Below, piece by piece: positions 62,601 through 64,000 of a stretch of 64,000 nucleotides of DNA. The notes below the pieces were generated by a model. The model did not search any database. It was not told the origin of the DNA and worked only from the letters and a program-made list of their open reading frames with translations. Source of the stretch: the human T2T-CHM13v2.0 reference genome, Homo sapiens; NCBI RefSeq assembly GCF_009914755.1, contig NC_060947.1; one strand, given 5' to 3'. Every line of letters begins with the position of its first letter. The stretch's first letter is position 1. A program made the translations under genes and the position numbers.

Positions 62601-64000
62601 ATAAGTTTGTGGAAAAAAATGAAATTAGAAGATAAAAATTCTAAAAATGTACTATATTACTTGTCTTAAGGTCCATCAAGTTCAAGACACCTTTTTAAAC
62701 AATGATACCACTCATATAGTTCATCCCTAAAGAACAGAGGTTCCAGGAAATTTAATCATGTCAATGCAGTCTTTTTTATGGTTAACTAAAGTAAAATCTT
62801 TAAAGTTTTTTTTTAAGATAAGAAAACCAAAAGAAGCCAGAAAGAGCCAAATTAGGACTGTAAGGTGGATACTTTATAATTTCCCATCAAAACTCACAAA
62901 AATTGCTCTTATTTGGATAAGAAGAACGAGCAAGAGCATTGTCGTTGTGATGGTTAATATTGAGCGTCGACTTGATTGGAGGAAGGGTGCAAGGTATTGT
63001 TCCTGGGTGTGTCTGTGAGGGTGTTGCAAAGGAGATTAAAATTTGAATCAGTGAACTGGGAGAGGCAGACCCACACTCAATCTGGATGGGCAACATCTAA
63101 TCAACTGCCAGCATGGCCAGAACAAAGCAGGCAGGAGAAGATGGAAGAGCAGACTTGCTGAGTCTTTCAGCCTTCATCTTTCTCCGACGCTGGATGCTTC
63201 CTGCCCTCGAACATCAGACTCCTAGTTCTTCAGCTTTTGGACTCTTGGACTCACACCAGTGGTTTGTCAGGGTCTCTTGGGCCTTTGGCCACAAACTGAA
63301 GGCTGCACTGTTGGCTTCCCTACTTTTGAGGTTTTGGGACTCGGACTGATCCACCACTGGCTTTCTTGCTCCTCAACTTGCAGATGGCCTATAGTGGGAC
63401 TTTACCTTGTGATCGTGTGAGTCAATTCTCCTTAATAAATTCCCTCTCATATATATATATATTCTATTAGTTCTGTCCATCTAGAGAACCCTGACTAATA
63501 CAGTCATGATGGAGAAGGACTCTCTGGTGAAGCTTTCTCAGGCATTTTTCTGCTAAAGCTTTGGCTAACATTCTCAGAGCACTCCCATAATAAGCAAATG
63601 TTATTATTCTTTGGCTCTCCAGAAAGTCAACATAGAAAATGCTTTCAGCATCCCAGAAAACTGTTGTAATGACCTTTGCTCTTAACTGGTCCACTTTTGC
63701 TTTGACTGGACCATTTTCACTTCTTCGTAGCCATTGCTTTAATTGGCTTTGTCTTCAGGATCATACTGGTAAAGCCAAGTTTAATCTCTTGTAAACATTC
63801 TTGGAAGAAATGCTTCAGGATCTTGATCCCATTTGTTTAAAATTTCCACTGAAACATTTGCTCCTGTCGGCAGCTGATCTGAGCACAATGGCTTTAGTAC
63901 CCATTGAGTGGAAAGTTTGCTCAACTTTATTTTTCAGTCATAATTGTGTAAACTGAACTAACTGAGATGTCTATGGTGTTTGACTACTGTTAATGCGGTT
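62601..64000 (-). mobile_element. Hsmar2 mariner transposon (decayed transposase), runs off the window
   Basis: RAKVITTVFWDAESIFYVDFLESQR...LAEKCLRKLHQRVLLHHD, continuing as NA on the far side of the MLT2A insertion. Confidence 0.88.
62946..63502 (+). mobile_element. MLT2A solo LTR with 5-bp TSD, nested in Hsmar2
   Basis: tgtgatggttaatattgag...ctagagaaccctgactaataca; TSD gtcgt/gtcat. Confidence 0.9.

Overview
Primate DNA, almost certainly human (AluY, L1PA, THE1, MER11) and most consistent with Xp21. It is AT-rich and dominated by interspersed repeats. It holds one intact protein-coding gene: an intronless short-H2A histone variant of the H2A.L class (45697-46296, +), probably H2AL1Q. That gene has a long acidic tail built by a recent 63-bp duplication, and its +1 frame is an Arg-rich, protamine-like ORF. 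Two structures are not visible in the ORF track. (1) A full-length but decayed paralog of the PRC2 inhibitor EZHIP/CXorf67 (14955-17059, +), recognisable from start codon to stop codon. It is split by nested LTR insertions and has lost its H3K27M-mimic motif. (2) A very old, degenerate 48-bp tandem repeat field, about 13 kb of repeat within 35.1-62.0 kb. It surrounds the H2A.L gene and flips orientation at a truncated ERV. Other features are a ~60-bp degenerate array, a perfect 26-bp inverted repeat around an AT-rich spacer, fossil hAT and Hsmar2 transposases and a full-length L1PA. Family and gene names rest on recalled consensus and protein sequences, not database searches, and boundaries of old repeats are approximate.
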